A stretch of DNA of 54,203 bases from Nemertoderma westbladi. Its lineage: Eukaryota > Animalia > Xenacoelomorpha. Positions 38,309 to 49,658 of this stretch are shown here, in pieces; within the stretch, counting starts at the first letter, position 1; every line of letters begins with the position of its first letter. The position numbers were made by a program, and so were the translations under genes. The notes under the pieces are model-generated. The model saw only the letters and a list, made by a program, of their open reading frames with translations, was not told the DNA's origin and did not search any database. The stretch is taken from positions 1-54,203 of the forward strand of contig JAUCBJ010009102.1 in assembly GCA_032718475.1 (NCBI GenBank), given 5' to 3'.

Positions 38309-39934
38309 CTAGAGAGCCAGCAAGCTGGCTGGAAGGAGCCCGGGGGGAAGAATCCTAGCCAATACTAAACTAAACAATTGTCTAAATGGTGTGATGATAC
38401 ATAGCTGACTTTGTGGCTTGCCCCACATAATAAAAAATGAAACTTTGCTGCCACTAACAACCGAATATTTATAAGAAAATGCCCATGATTCACAACCAGA
38501 TAAATAACAAGTTAGATTTACCAGTACAGGTACGGTTACCTTTCTTTTTGAAAACCATTAGATTTAACAATTAATAGAAGTCTAGGTCGCGGCGAAAAAT
38601 AATAACGCAAATTAAACAACCATACAATCGGCCTACACACTTTTTTATTATTCGAAATAAATTCGCTAACAGAAAATATCTAAACTAATTTATTTATTTA
38701 CTAATTAATCTAAACGAGAAGGTGAACAATTGTTTCTACACAATTAATTATGACGACTTTTATGGGATATGTAATATTTACTGTTCAATAATAATTTACA
38801 ATCTCCCATTCCAACACATTCCCAGAGAGTAATAATATCATCAATATAACAAACTAAGTGGATTATAATTCGATTTCTTCAGCCAAGTCCGATAGCTATT
38901 TTTCTGAAATTTATATTGCTAATTTAATTATTTGGCATATTCTGTTTGTGGCGCAGACTATAATAATAATAACATTGTTGACATACAGTCTTTGAACCTT
39001 TCAGTCTTTCTCAGCAGTACTTTGTGGCTCGTCCCACATAATAAAAACTGAAACTTTGCTATGACAACACACCCGGTTCTTTTAAATTTGCGTGATTTGA
39101 TTTATGCTCGCACCACTATTTGTAAGAAATATTAAAACTTATCTTACAGTATGCCAATGTAGTAATGGTTTTAAAATATAATTAAATTAATTTACACTAT
39201 TAATGCTTCAGCTAAAAAATCGTTTCAGCTAAAAAATCGTATGTAATAAAAAAAATAGGAATATTTTTAATATGTGTATATGTAATATAGGTATTACTGC
39301 TAAGTTAGGCAGTAGGCCAGATCGGGCTCCTTAAATACATGCAACTACTGTATTATAGTGTAGGTCAACTATAAAACATTTTGCAATCCACAGTGAGTAT
39401 CGACTGCAATAGGACACAACACACTGCTTTGTGTAACTAAAATTCATTCTCCTGATCCACCCCCTAACATAGCAGAGTGAGTAACCTTATTGTAGATATA
39501 CCCTTAGGAAGCACTGGGAGAGCAATCAGCTTATGGGGTAATACATTAGAAACCAACAGCTTATGTGTGAGTAAACATTGACTTTCCTTATAGCCTACTA
39601 GTAAAACTTGGCAACCAATACGTTTTACTATGACTGTGTATAACATATTAAGCCATATTTCATCATGAACACCAGCTGTTATTTTACCATTGCTTTTAAT
39701 TTCGCGACAAAACAATGTCAAAAAACTAAATATATCGAATACCACACATAGAATCGATCTGAAATTTTGTAACGCGATTATGAACCTCAAAAGCAATGTA
39801 CTTGCAAAATTTCATCAAAATCGCCAGGCAGGAAGTGCCTTAACCTAGATAATTATCAGTCAGTCAGTGTCAGTCAATGTAATGTATCCTGAAGATTCTT
39901 ACAGTAAGTATCCCGCTGTCAAGCGGGCTCCTAA
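38309..39934 (-). mobile_element. Non-autonomous rolling-circle element (Helentron/DINE-1-like) inserted in RT
   Basis: Removing it restores L-Q-Y-N-T-Q-M-E in frame with no TSD. 9-bp subterminal inverted repeats aggagcccg (38334) / cgggctcct (39924). Hairpin agccagcaagctggct next to a terminal CTAG; second hairpin cccgctgtcaagcggg; (cagt)n tract near 39857. Confidence 0.85.
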
Positions 39935-42900
39935 TTATACTGCAGATGGGCTTTCTCGTCCTTTAATAAACGTTGTCGTATTGAGTTTAAACGTCTTAAG
40001 GCTAGCGGATAATTGTTTATAAGTTTAGGACGTTGGTTACGCCATAGCATCCCTACCTCATAATGTCCGTCTTTCGTCTGATGGATAGTATCTTCCATGA
40101 TCTTTAAGGATTGTTTTTCTTGTTCCGACATGCATGTTTCGTAACTACCAGGTTCGGCTGTGTCTTGTTCCAACCACTTGATAGTTTTCTCTGTTAATTC
40201 TTTGTCCAGTGCAGCTTGTTCCACTTGACAATTTCTTAATGTGTCGACATCGACAGGTGTTGATAAGGTTATTGGTTGAGGTAGACTCGCAAGCCTTCCA
40301 GCGTTATCATCTATCGTTGATGGATCCTCTGCCTGATGCGTCTCCTTCCCAATCTCTAAACTTACCTCTTTGTAAAGTGGTTTCTGCTCCCTTTGACTTG
40401 TTGTACTTGCCACACATGTCGTGTCGTACTTGTCACTTTGTCGTGTTTTGTCGAATTTCGGCGTGTAGTATAGTCAATGTCGTTTGAAAAAGAATGAGTC
40501 AAAGTTGTAGTTAATAGACTACATGTACTTTGCACATCATCTTCCTCGTCACTTATATCTAGTGTGCACACAGGCGCTCGAGTATACCACCCTATCGGCG
40601 TTCTGCAGGCGTATGCGTTTCCTGCTACGACTACCAATGGTCTGGTTTCCCACACTTGATGTAAGTTGAATTGGTCTGTCCCGATCAGCATTGCTACTGA
40701 CCTATAATTAACAGGACATTCAGGTACACCAAGGTGTCTAAAATACTTACAGTCCTCTAAGGATTGTTCTGGCACTGGACCCAGTAGGTTACTAAAGTCC
40801 TTAGTGGCCGCAAAAGTTAAATCCTTAAAGGGTAACAAAGACCTCTCCTTTTCGCTATGTTGCGATTTTGGAAGAAGAGTGTCTAAGTTCAACTTAACTC
40901 GTGTCACTGGTATTGCACGTTGTCCATGCATACTACTTACGGTATATCTGACGTGCTTACCTTGTTGAAGGTCTGTGACGACGTCAGCTACCTTCTCATC
41001 CACGTAGCTGTGAGATGAGGCTGAATCCAAGATAGCGTAGATCCGTTTGCTCCATTTTGTGCCCGTAATCTTAACAGGAATTACGCTAAATCCCTTCAGT
41101 TGATCAGGCGTCAGAAGCGCAATCGATGGTTGTTCGTCTCCATCTAAGTATGTGTCATCGTCTTCTGATTCTTCATCTGAAGACCCGGATTGTTCTGGGA
41201 AACAATCCCGAATATGCGTCACAAAGGTTCGTGTTGTTTTCGACTCTCGCGTCTTGTATGCAGTGTTGCACTTCGCTGCTGCTTCTGGGTGTTCCCTAGT
41301 GAAGCGTTTCGTCGGTGTATGACTATCTGTGTGGAGCAAACCGTCATGGTTGCATCCACAGGAAGGACAGGTGTCCGTATTTGTGCAATCCTTACGGACA
41401 AGTCTGTGTTGCGTACACCACCAACAAGAATCCAATGATTGTATCTGTAGTCGTCGTTCTTCTGAGTTTAACTCACGAAATAGTTGACATCCCCTTAACT
41501 TATGACTAGTGTGTCGCTTACCTATCCGCTCGCAGTATTGACAACCGCTGAAGTCGGCATTTAGTTGCTGCCTAGTCTGTTTGATTCCAATAGGTGCGGA
41601 CACGTTATAACCGTCAGAAAATTGTCGGGTTTCCGTCGGTGTAGCGTATGTGACCGTCCTTGTGGATGTCGTCTGTGGTTTTTGTCGGTTGGTCGATGGC
41701 AAAGTTATTCCTTCGGCTATAATGTGTTGATCCGTGTAGTTCGAACGAGTCTCCACTACTGCCTCCGTAGATATTAATAGGTACACATCTTCCAATCTTA
41801 AAAATCCACCTGTTTCTTCTCGCTGGTACTCGATCTTTCTCCACTCCCTACGAAGTCGATGGTGTAGTCTCCCTATTATTTTTAATAGGACTGTAGGAGT
41901 GTTTCCGTATTCAAGTTGTCCAATTGACCGTAATGTCTTAATAGCATTCTTTATTTCGTCAGCGAATTTAAGTAAGTCCACGGGTTTCGTAATGGCCCCC
42001 CCTTTACAGAGTTCCTCTATTACTGACTTGGCCATACTTACTGTACCTCCATAAATGGAAGTTAAGCGATCGTATGCTAATTCGAAGGCGTCTGGTACAC
42101 CGACAAAAGTCTCTGCTACACGTTTTGGTTCTCCCGTCAGCGTTTGAAGCAAGTAGTTAAACTTTTCCCTCGATGTAAAAGCGCATGCCGCAATTTGAGA
42201 TTCGATGTATGCCAATGTTTTGAGTTTCCGGAGAACTTTGGTGGTTGCTGCGCCGGTAATCCTTGTCTGGCTGCGAATTTAGCTATCTCTTCTGCAACAT
42301 TCAAAGTTTCGCGTCCCTGGGTAGCAATAGAGTTCGTTTTTCCCTGTCCAGGACGTTTTTTCTCATACTCTACATTCCCTGAAAGTACCGTCCTTTGCGG
42401 ATGCTTCGGGTGTCTAGTATGTTCGAATTCCGTGTTTCTCGAACTATCAGTTTGAACTTCCTCTAAGCGTTCCTCGATCTGGGCCAACTTGTTAACAACT
42501 GGTCGCAGTATATCGGCGAATTGTTGTGTACTGATCGCGTCCATTGGTTGTAACGCTTTCTGTGTTGGTGTATTTTGTGGAGGATTATCTATAAAGGAAT
42601 TAGTTGAACGCTCGCGTTTGCATTCATCGGCCGCTCCTGTTCTGAACACCTCGCGTTCCGGGTAATCCGATTCGCTCGAAGTACTACTATCACCTGGATA
42701 CGGTGGCCGACGTGCTCGCGTCCGTTGGGTTGTCCGAATTCTAACATTCCGTTTCGAAACGTCGTCTACTGGTCTCCGTTGTTCGGTAGGCTCACAAGTC
42801 TTCCTCGAAGTCGTAGATTGCGATGTAAACTGATTAAACGGTCGCGTGTCTACTGGTCTCCGTCGTTCGGTAGGCTCACAAGTCTTCCTCGAAGTCGTAG

Positions 42901-44763
42901 ATTGCGATGTAAACTGGTTAAACGGTCGCGTGTCTACTGGTCTCCGTTGCTCGGTAGGCTCACAAGTCTTCCTCGAAGTCGTAGATTGCGATGTAAACTG
43001 GTTAAACGGTCGCGTGTCTACTGGTCTCCGTTGCTCGGTAGGCTCACAAGTCTTCCTCGAAGTCGTAGATTGCGATGTAAACTGGTTAAACGGTTGCGTA
43101 TCTACTGGTCTCCATTGCTCGGTAGGCTCACAGGTCTTTCTCGAAGTCGTAGAACTGAATAAACTGAATTTGTGGTCGCGTGTTGGCGTTTGAGTCCAAA
43201 TGGCCTTGAAGGCCTGAATACGATTGGGTTTGCGTAGTGTGTCACAGGTTTAGGTGTCGAAGGTTGACTCACCTGTTTAGTCGTCATTAATGTAGGTCCG
43301 ACTAATAAACTACTATGATCTGTAATCGGTGGGTTGCTTACCTTGACTCTCGGAATAGGCGATGACGTTGCTCTTGGCGGTATAAACTTATCCGGAATAA
43401 CGAACCTGTGTTCCGTCGCATCATGGATAGGAGATATATTACTACTACCCGCAATCGAAACAGGTTCTTTTGTCGTAATTGGTGCAAACATATGAGTTAC
43501 TTGAGGAAATCGTTGACATAATTCTTTAACCAATTCCCGTTCTCGCTCAGGTGCTCCTACGCTTCCTTCCTTCATTCGTTCCTGAATTTGACGATGTCTT
43601 ACCTCTATCCGGTCTAGATCGTGTCCGTCTCGAGATCTCATCGATCGATCGCGGGCTTGAAGATCCAGATCTTCCTTGGCGTTGGCTAATTCTCTCGCCT
43701 TCTTTTCGAGTTCGAAATGAAGTTTAACTGCCTTCTCGCGTTGTTCCGTCTGTTGTTGTTGCGCCTCGAACTCCGCTAGTCGTATAGCTGATTGAGCCTT
43801 TATCTGTCGTTTTTTCAACTCAGCTCTCGCTTCCGAAACTCGCTTGTGTTCTGCCAACTCTGCTGCTCGCCGCTCTTGTACCGTTAATAATTGAGTTTGT
43901 TCCTCAATTTCTCGTTGTTGTCTGTAGTACTGTTGTTGCTGTCTAGAAATTTCTGATGTTACCATACTTACCTCGCCAATTTCGCTGCGAATACTCACTA
44001 ATGATTGATCCAATATTCCCGGAGCTAGTTCGATTTGTACGGGTGAAGTTTCCCTCGTATCTTCCGGCACGGTTTCCAAATCGCCGACGTCTTCGCCGCA
44101 CATACGTAAGTGATCTGTCAGATGTTTCAATTGTCCATCCAGTCTGTACAGTTCCTGTTCTTCCTCGGGTTGCAATGATTCGTCGGAAACCGACTCACCT
44201 AACAACTGGTCCGCTTGTTCCTGCTGTATCAGTCTAACGGTCGTCTTAAACTGAATCAGTTTCTCCCTAGCGATCATTAATTTCTCGAGGATTCTGAACT
44301 GTGTGTCCATATCCTGTCTCTGTCTAGCTAGATCTTGTAGACCGATTAGGTTATCTACGGACTTATGTACTTTACTCTGTACTCTAACCTGTAGGGTGTA
44401 GAACTCGAACCGAGACATCGGAGCGGTCAACTCGTCTAATATGCGTTGGCCTTCTCCAATACTCCTGGTAATATGCGCCATGTATCCTCCGACGCTTCTA
44501 AAAACGCTCTCCTGGCTTCCTACTGAACTTACCATGTCCGTTTCCCTGTGTCTAGGTTGCGGGACCGTTAGAAAATCCTCAGTCCTGCCGTCGCCTCGTA
44601 CTACGGCATCTGGTACTCCCGTTGGATGTACTGGTGACGCGCACGGTGTAGGTTCGGTAGGCTCGCGAGTCTTCCCCTGTGGTTCTTCCGCTACTGACTT
44701 ATCCGCGTCACATGAGTCATAGTCGGTAGGTGTATTCTTCGTATAGTCCTGTTTGTCACTCAT
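39935..44763 (-). pseudogene. gag: BEL/Pao gag-protease and RT N-terminus, frameshifted
   Basis: Coiled-coil N-terminal ORF 44763-43102; PPKFSGNSKHW, EKFNYLLQTLTGEPK (DUF1759-like); knuckles CQYC/CWWC/CPSC; YAILDSASSHSYV; MLIGTD; RTPIGW; DGHYEVGMLW..NNYPLALRRL; frameshifts near 43200, 42215 and 40400. Confidence 0.92.
42765..43153. repeat. 84-bp tandem repeat, about 4.6 copies, in frame in gag
   Basis: Motif copies at 42785, 42869, 42953, 43037 and 43121; minus frame reads STTSRKTCEPTEQRRPVDTRPFNQFTSQ and runs into the frame of ORF 42649. Confidence 0.93.
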
Positions 44764-44846
44764 TTCGGTGGTTGTAAGTCAAGTAAGTGAGTGTCAAAGT
44801 ATCAAACTTACCGTATTTATATCTAAACGGTATTAATTACAGTCAT

Positions 44847-44980
44847 ATAAAATTAGCCTACCGGCCGATTTTATAGCAAATGGATAAAATTAGCCTAGCG
44901 GCCAATTTTACAACAAATAAATGTCACGGAGTAAGTATATAATAAAATTAGCCTACCGGCCAATTTTATAACAAATAAAA
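44847..44980. repeat. Three copies of a ~36-bp motif in the retrotransposon leader
   Basis: ataaaattagcctaccggcc(g/a)attttata(g/a)caaat near 44847, 44884 and 44942. Confidence 0.8.
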
Positions 44981-46874
44981 TCGGATAACGATATACGTTA
45001 TCAAAAGGTAGATTAAACAAATAATTAACGGATTAGTTCAGCAATAAACAAAGAAATCATACGGAATGCATAAATACTTGAGACAGTGGAACCCACAATA
45101 ATTTTAACTAATACGGTAATGCCTAACTGATTTATGCAACCTTTCGAACTCACCCCCTCCAATGATTCTCCAGAAAAACAGATTCCCAGATACAAACCGG
45201 ACGTGAACCTTTCCGTTTCCAGCGTTGCGGACGAAGTGCGATTTTCCCAACCAAAATTATTGAATTATCTATCTCCCAAACTTGCGAAACACGGTCTTGC
45301 TCTCGTTACAGTCTAGAAATGAGCTCTGAATCCTGAAAAACAAAAGAGTTCAGTTTTACTTTTTACGAAAATTTTGTACCGGTACAATATGGTATTTAAA
45401 CCCTTTTAAACACCGGTATTCAATTCCAAATATTTTACACGCGGTTCAAATCAACATTTTTTTTTATTTCAGAAATTAGCACTTAGCTAATCAAATACAA
45501 ATTTTTACCTCAAAATACAAAATTTCAAATAATTTTAGTCCTACTGAACCGTAGTTTAGTAAAACATATTCCTACTGAAGCGAAGAGACGTACCTGATAT
45601 CCTGCAATATCCTACTGTAAAGTTTGTGAATCAAAACATAATCCGACCTTCTCACCAAAACAGTAAACTCTAAGTAAGCAAATATATTGCAGTATCGGTC
45701 TCTTATAACCGGTGTGGCAGAAAACAGCCTACGAACGGACAAACTTTGATAAAACAAAATCCCGCGCAGCGAATCCTAAAATCGGGCTGACTCACTGACG
45801 GACTAAGGGCGCTCGTATACTTTGCCGCGGTGTGATTTATATGTGGGTGAGAGATAGAGGCGCTAGCTAGATGTCTAACTAGCGGGCAAAGTGCAGTACG
45901 GACAAAAATTATTTTATATATTTTGAGGTGTAAATAATTCCTAACGCGTGTTTGTCTTGATTCTAACAGTCAAAATCAGTTTTAGATCCTTCACATATAT
46001 AATTACTGGGTCCAGTGTACATTTTACAAATATTCTAATTTTATAGCTTGTAGGTCCAATACTCACGAATGATAAGGCTCCTTCCCCTTTTGTGTATTTC
46101 CAGGACTCAAATTCAGGCATAAGGTTAATACTACGCCCAGAATTCGGCAATTTAATTTACCAGGTCCCTAGTACTAAGAAGAAATGTGTTAGTTTACTAC
46201 AGTAGGCGTACAGTTACAAAATAGCTAGCCTGGCGTTCTATCTAGAATTTTGGTTGCCTAGGTGGGCACGGCAACTCCCTATCAGAATGTCGGCGGGGAC
46301 ACGGTAGATGTTAGTATCCCTAATAGCCTCAATTTATATGCGCCTAGCAGTAAACTGCCCTACCACCTGAACGGTACAATCCCAATTCAGGTAAAAACAC
46401 AGTAACCCTTCCTGGCCTACAAGTTCTAATGCAAATGGACACCATTGTACTACAAACAAGCCACCGACGCACCTATACCTGGCAAATGAGTTAGGCGTAC
46501 AGTTGGCTGCACCCTACTAATGTGTATGCCTTGTACTGGTGTGCCTGTGTTCTATCTGTGTACTAGTATCTCTCAGCCTGATCTCCTCCTCCCCCCCGTA
46601 GGAATATGAAGGTCTACTGCGGGTTTTTCTGAATTAAGACAGTACAGTCCCTAAATGTAATTTTTAGCGCACAGCGTGTCAGTACCTCTACCTTCGATCT
46701 TAGGTCTTACGCTTAGGTAACAAGGCATCGAACGCTGTCTAACCTTTCAGGCGATGGGCGAATAACTAAGAATGGGTATTGCGGGTTGTCTCCTTTCTAC
46801 ATTCCTCCGATGTTCCCGTCTATTGCCGCGGTCCGCTGCCTAGCCTGCCATCTGTCTCTCAGTTGTGTTCACCA

Positions 46875-47139
46875 TGGTGAAACATAGTAAAAGCAGATGT
46901 AACAAATACTTTCTAACTTTATTACAAATAAACGATAACTAATATACAATAAATCGAATGTAACAAGTGAATGAAGATATTAAACAAGAAGTGATAATGT
47001 CGTAACTAAATGAACAAATCGCACCCTTTTATAGCAAATTAGTGCTGCTAACAATCTAGATAAATCTCGATTGTTCTATGAGTTCTACTAGGTTTTTAAA
47101 GATAATCATTGGTCCAACAAACACGTATCTTACACGACA
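46875..47139 (-). mobile_element. Possible LTR (about 265 bp)
   Basis: On the minus strand it begins TGTCGTG, has CCAAT, TATAAAAG (near 47030) and AATAAA (near 46920), and ends CA followed by TGG. No second copy in the window and no recognised tRNA match. Confidence 0.35.
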
Positions 47140-47254
47140 TTGGTTACTATCTAATAACTGCAATCGCATTGGTTAATCTACCTTAAGCAGATACAATTAA
47201 ATCGTAGCGGTTAATTCAAATGAGTTGAAACTTAGCACAAGAAATAATTCACAC

Positions 47255-47322
47255 ATGCTAGGATTCGAACTCGATACCTACTACACGAATTTCTAACGCT
47301 TAACCGACTGAGCTACTGAACC
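47255..47322 (-). mobile_element. tRNA-derived SINE-like head
   Basis: Minus strand gtagctcagtcggttaagcg (A box) ... gagttcgaatcc (B box); no intact cloverleaf. Confidence 0.65.
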
Positions 47323-47681
47323 ACTTGAATAATCGTTGTACAAATAGATATAGTAAATACGAATGAGGACTTAATGTAATCTTTATAGCAAATTAATTCG
47401 AACGAAATAAAATTTTGAAAATCCACGGCTTTATGGGGATATAATTCTATATATAACCAGTATTATCATTTAAGTAAATGTGCGGTATTACTTATATTGA
47501 AAAAGGTCGGCCTTCTCAATTAAAAAAGCTCTTACGAGCTCATGTGATTGATTGATTGCTAAGTGCTATTTTATGAACAATGCCGTATATAGTTATTATG
47601 TTTAGTTGATTTTATTGTAACTTTACGAGATTGGCCCTAATCATAGCAACACAAATTGTTAACTAACTAACATTGTTTCAG

Positions 47682-47804
47682 ATCCTTGTGGTAACGTTGT
47701 CTGTGGTTCTAATTCCCATTGTGTTGTTATTAGTGGTACAAAACATCGCTGTGAATGCGATGTCGGCTATTTCCTGAACTCAGCTTCATTTTGCGAGAAA
47801 AGAA
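47682..47804 (+). CDS. Multi-EGF-repeat protein, exon 8
   Basis: actaac branch motifs, cag|at ... a|gtaagt; 123 nt; PCGNVVCGSNSHCVVISGTKHRCECDVGYFLNSASFCEKR. Confidence 0.93.
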
Positions 47805-47918
47805 GTAAGTTTTATCTGTTTTATCTGTTTAAGTTATCTGTAATAAACTGTGCTTTATATACCACTGTGTTTATTACGTTCTGTGGACGCATTGTTTATT
47901 GTTCAGTTGTACACGTTC

Positions 47919-48230
47919 GTGGGGTCTTAGTGTAGCACGAAGTGATCAAAGCCTTAGCATATAGGGGCCCCATTAACTAGTTGTCTGTCGTTAGTCAGAA
48001 GTCGGCAGACACAATACTCGTCTCCTTCATTTGCCTTGTTACGTTCGTTCGTTTTTTTTTATCAAAATTCAGATTCTTTCTAAACTTTTGACGGACTACA
48101 TAGTACATATGTACCAAGTTTCGTTTAATTTCATCAAGGAATGACAAGAGTTATTAGCGATCAAAAATTTACGACTCGTTAATGGCACCCATATTCTAAG
48201 ACTTCTCTCACTTCGTGGCTCGCCCCACAA
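47919..48230. mobile_element. Short non-autonomous element with subterminal inverted repeats (DINE-1/HINE-like)
   Basis: gtcttag / ctaagac and cacgaagtga / tcacttcgtg inverted pairs; the end gtggctcgccccaca resembles motifs near 38413 and 39024. Confidence 0.45.
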
Positions 48231-48339
48231 CATGCATGTATGTTATTACTAGTACAGAAAGCAGAACACTTTTGTTTTGGCACAAATTCTTTATAGAGAC
48301 TACCCATTATGCATATCCTTAAATATTATCCTTAAATTG

Positions 48340-48730
48340 TAAAAGTGAAAGGGATCGGTAAACCAATTAAACGACGCACAGCAATGCGAAGGATCATCTC
48401 TCTTGGCTGTTACCTATAAGGCAGGGAGGGCACCACACTAACTCCTAAGAGTCATCGCTATATAAATATCTAACCCCTTTCCTTTACTCCCCATTCAGAA
48501 GCCAGGTTACCACATCTCTGGGTTGGCGCAATATTTAGAAAATTGTAGAGACATGATTAATTGAATGTGGCGAGAATAATAGAAAAAACAATGGCTGAAA
48601 GTTTCATGTTTTATGGCTGAAAGTCCTTACACCATTGTTTTTTCTAGAAAATTGTAACTGGCTCGACACGGGATCGAACCCGAGACCTCCCCGATAGAAG
48701 CAAAGCGAGAGACCACTCTACTAGCTAGTT
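48340..48730 (-). mobile_element. tRNA-derived SINE
   Basis: Minus strand tagtagagtgg (A-box-like) ... gaggtctcgggttcgatccc (B box) followed by a non-tRNA body; 3' end approximate. Confidence 0.55.
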
Positions 48731-48990
48731 GGTAACTAGCATAATGGTGGCTAAATGAGTACTGGCGCTTTGTCTGGGGAGTTTATTTCTGGGGGGAACG
48801 CACGCAAAAAAAGAAGTCGTCAGATTTAGCCCTGGTCTAAAGGCCCAAGAAAACTTCACTTTAATTTTTTATACTTATTTTCTTTTCAAGGCAAGCAGTT
48901 ATTATCTTCATAATAGATGTTTTTCTGATTTATCTATTTATCTGCAATCCACTTTTCTATACAATAAACCATCAACTCCATTTGTTTCAG

Positions 48991-49133
48991 ACCCCTGTGA
49001 CGTAGCCGTGTGTCCTATAGATGCTCATTGCAGCCGTGTGAACACAATAGCCCACGTTTGCCATTGCAACAGTGGATTTATGTTTGATGACGTCACAGAT
49101 ACTTGTATCCTTGATTTACCTCAATTAAATTAG
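48991..49133 (+). CDS. Multi-EGF-repeat protein, last coding exon (9)
   Basis: cag|ac; PCDVAVCPIDAHCSRVNTIAHVCHCNSGFMFDDVTDTCILDLPQLN then TAG at 49131-49133. Confidence 0.9.
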
Positions 49134-49658
49134 GTTTGGTATTAGTCAGTAACAGTTTAGTATTATTTATTTCATGCTGTACTTTATTTATATTGTTATT
49201 TATTTCATGTTGTCCTTTATTTTACTGTTATTTATTTCATGATGTACTTTATTTATTATTTATTGTTGTTCATGTTTTATATATATATATATATATATAC
49301 ACGTACTTTATTTATTTATTGTTATTAAAGTTTGATATTATTAGGAATATTATCTTACGGTAGGCCACCTAAAGAAAGCATAACGAAATAGATCAATTGC
49401 ATAACGAAATAGATCAATTGCATAACGAAATAGTTGGTATTTTCAATAATGTCCCATTTGTTAGTCCATCGACCCTGTTGATTTCTTTCATGCATTAGGT
49501 CCTACATTATTTTATTAATGCGGGTGATGGACTAACATAATAAAAGCAAACAAATAGTAGATATTTATAAAATTTGAATGGGAGCTCTCAGTTCACCTAC
49601 TCAGTTGAACGGGAGCTCTCAGTTCACCATGTACCTACCGGTAACTAGAGTTTACATC

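Larger units (their letters stand above)
30870..47139 (-). mobile_element. BEL/Pao-family LTR retrotransposon, antisense in intron 7, inactivated; outer boundaries uncertain
   Basis: Order gag-PR-RT-RH-IN with three gag Cys/His knuckles, ILDSAS protease, YVDD RT and BEL-type integrase motifs; several frameshifts; no matching LTR pair found. Confidence 0.85.

Noticed and set aside
36631-40299. GRLASL as a protease cleavage site between Pol domains
   Set aside because: Position fits, but the same DNA motif also occurs in non-coding sequence and another frame, so a nucleic-acid role is more parsimonious; not fully excluded.
42725-43193. Plus-strand ORFs containing GRLTSLP
   Set aside because: Antisense shadow of the 84-bp gag repeat; the peptide similarity follows from the palindromic motif.
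47255-48730. Functional tRNA genes
   Set aside because: A and B boxes are present but I could not build acceptor and anticodon stems; treated as SINE heads.
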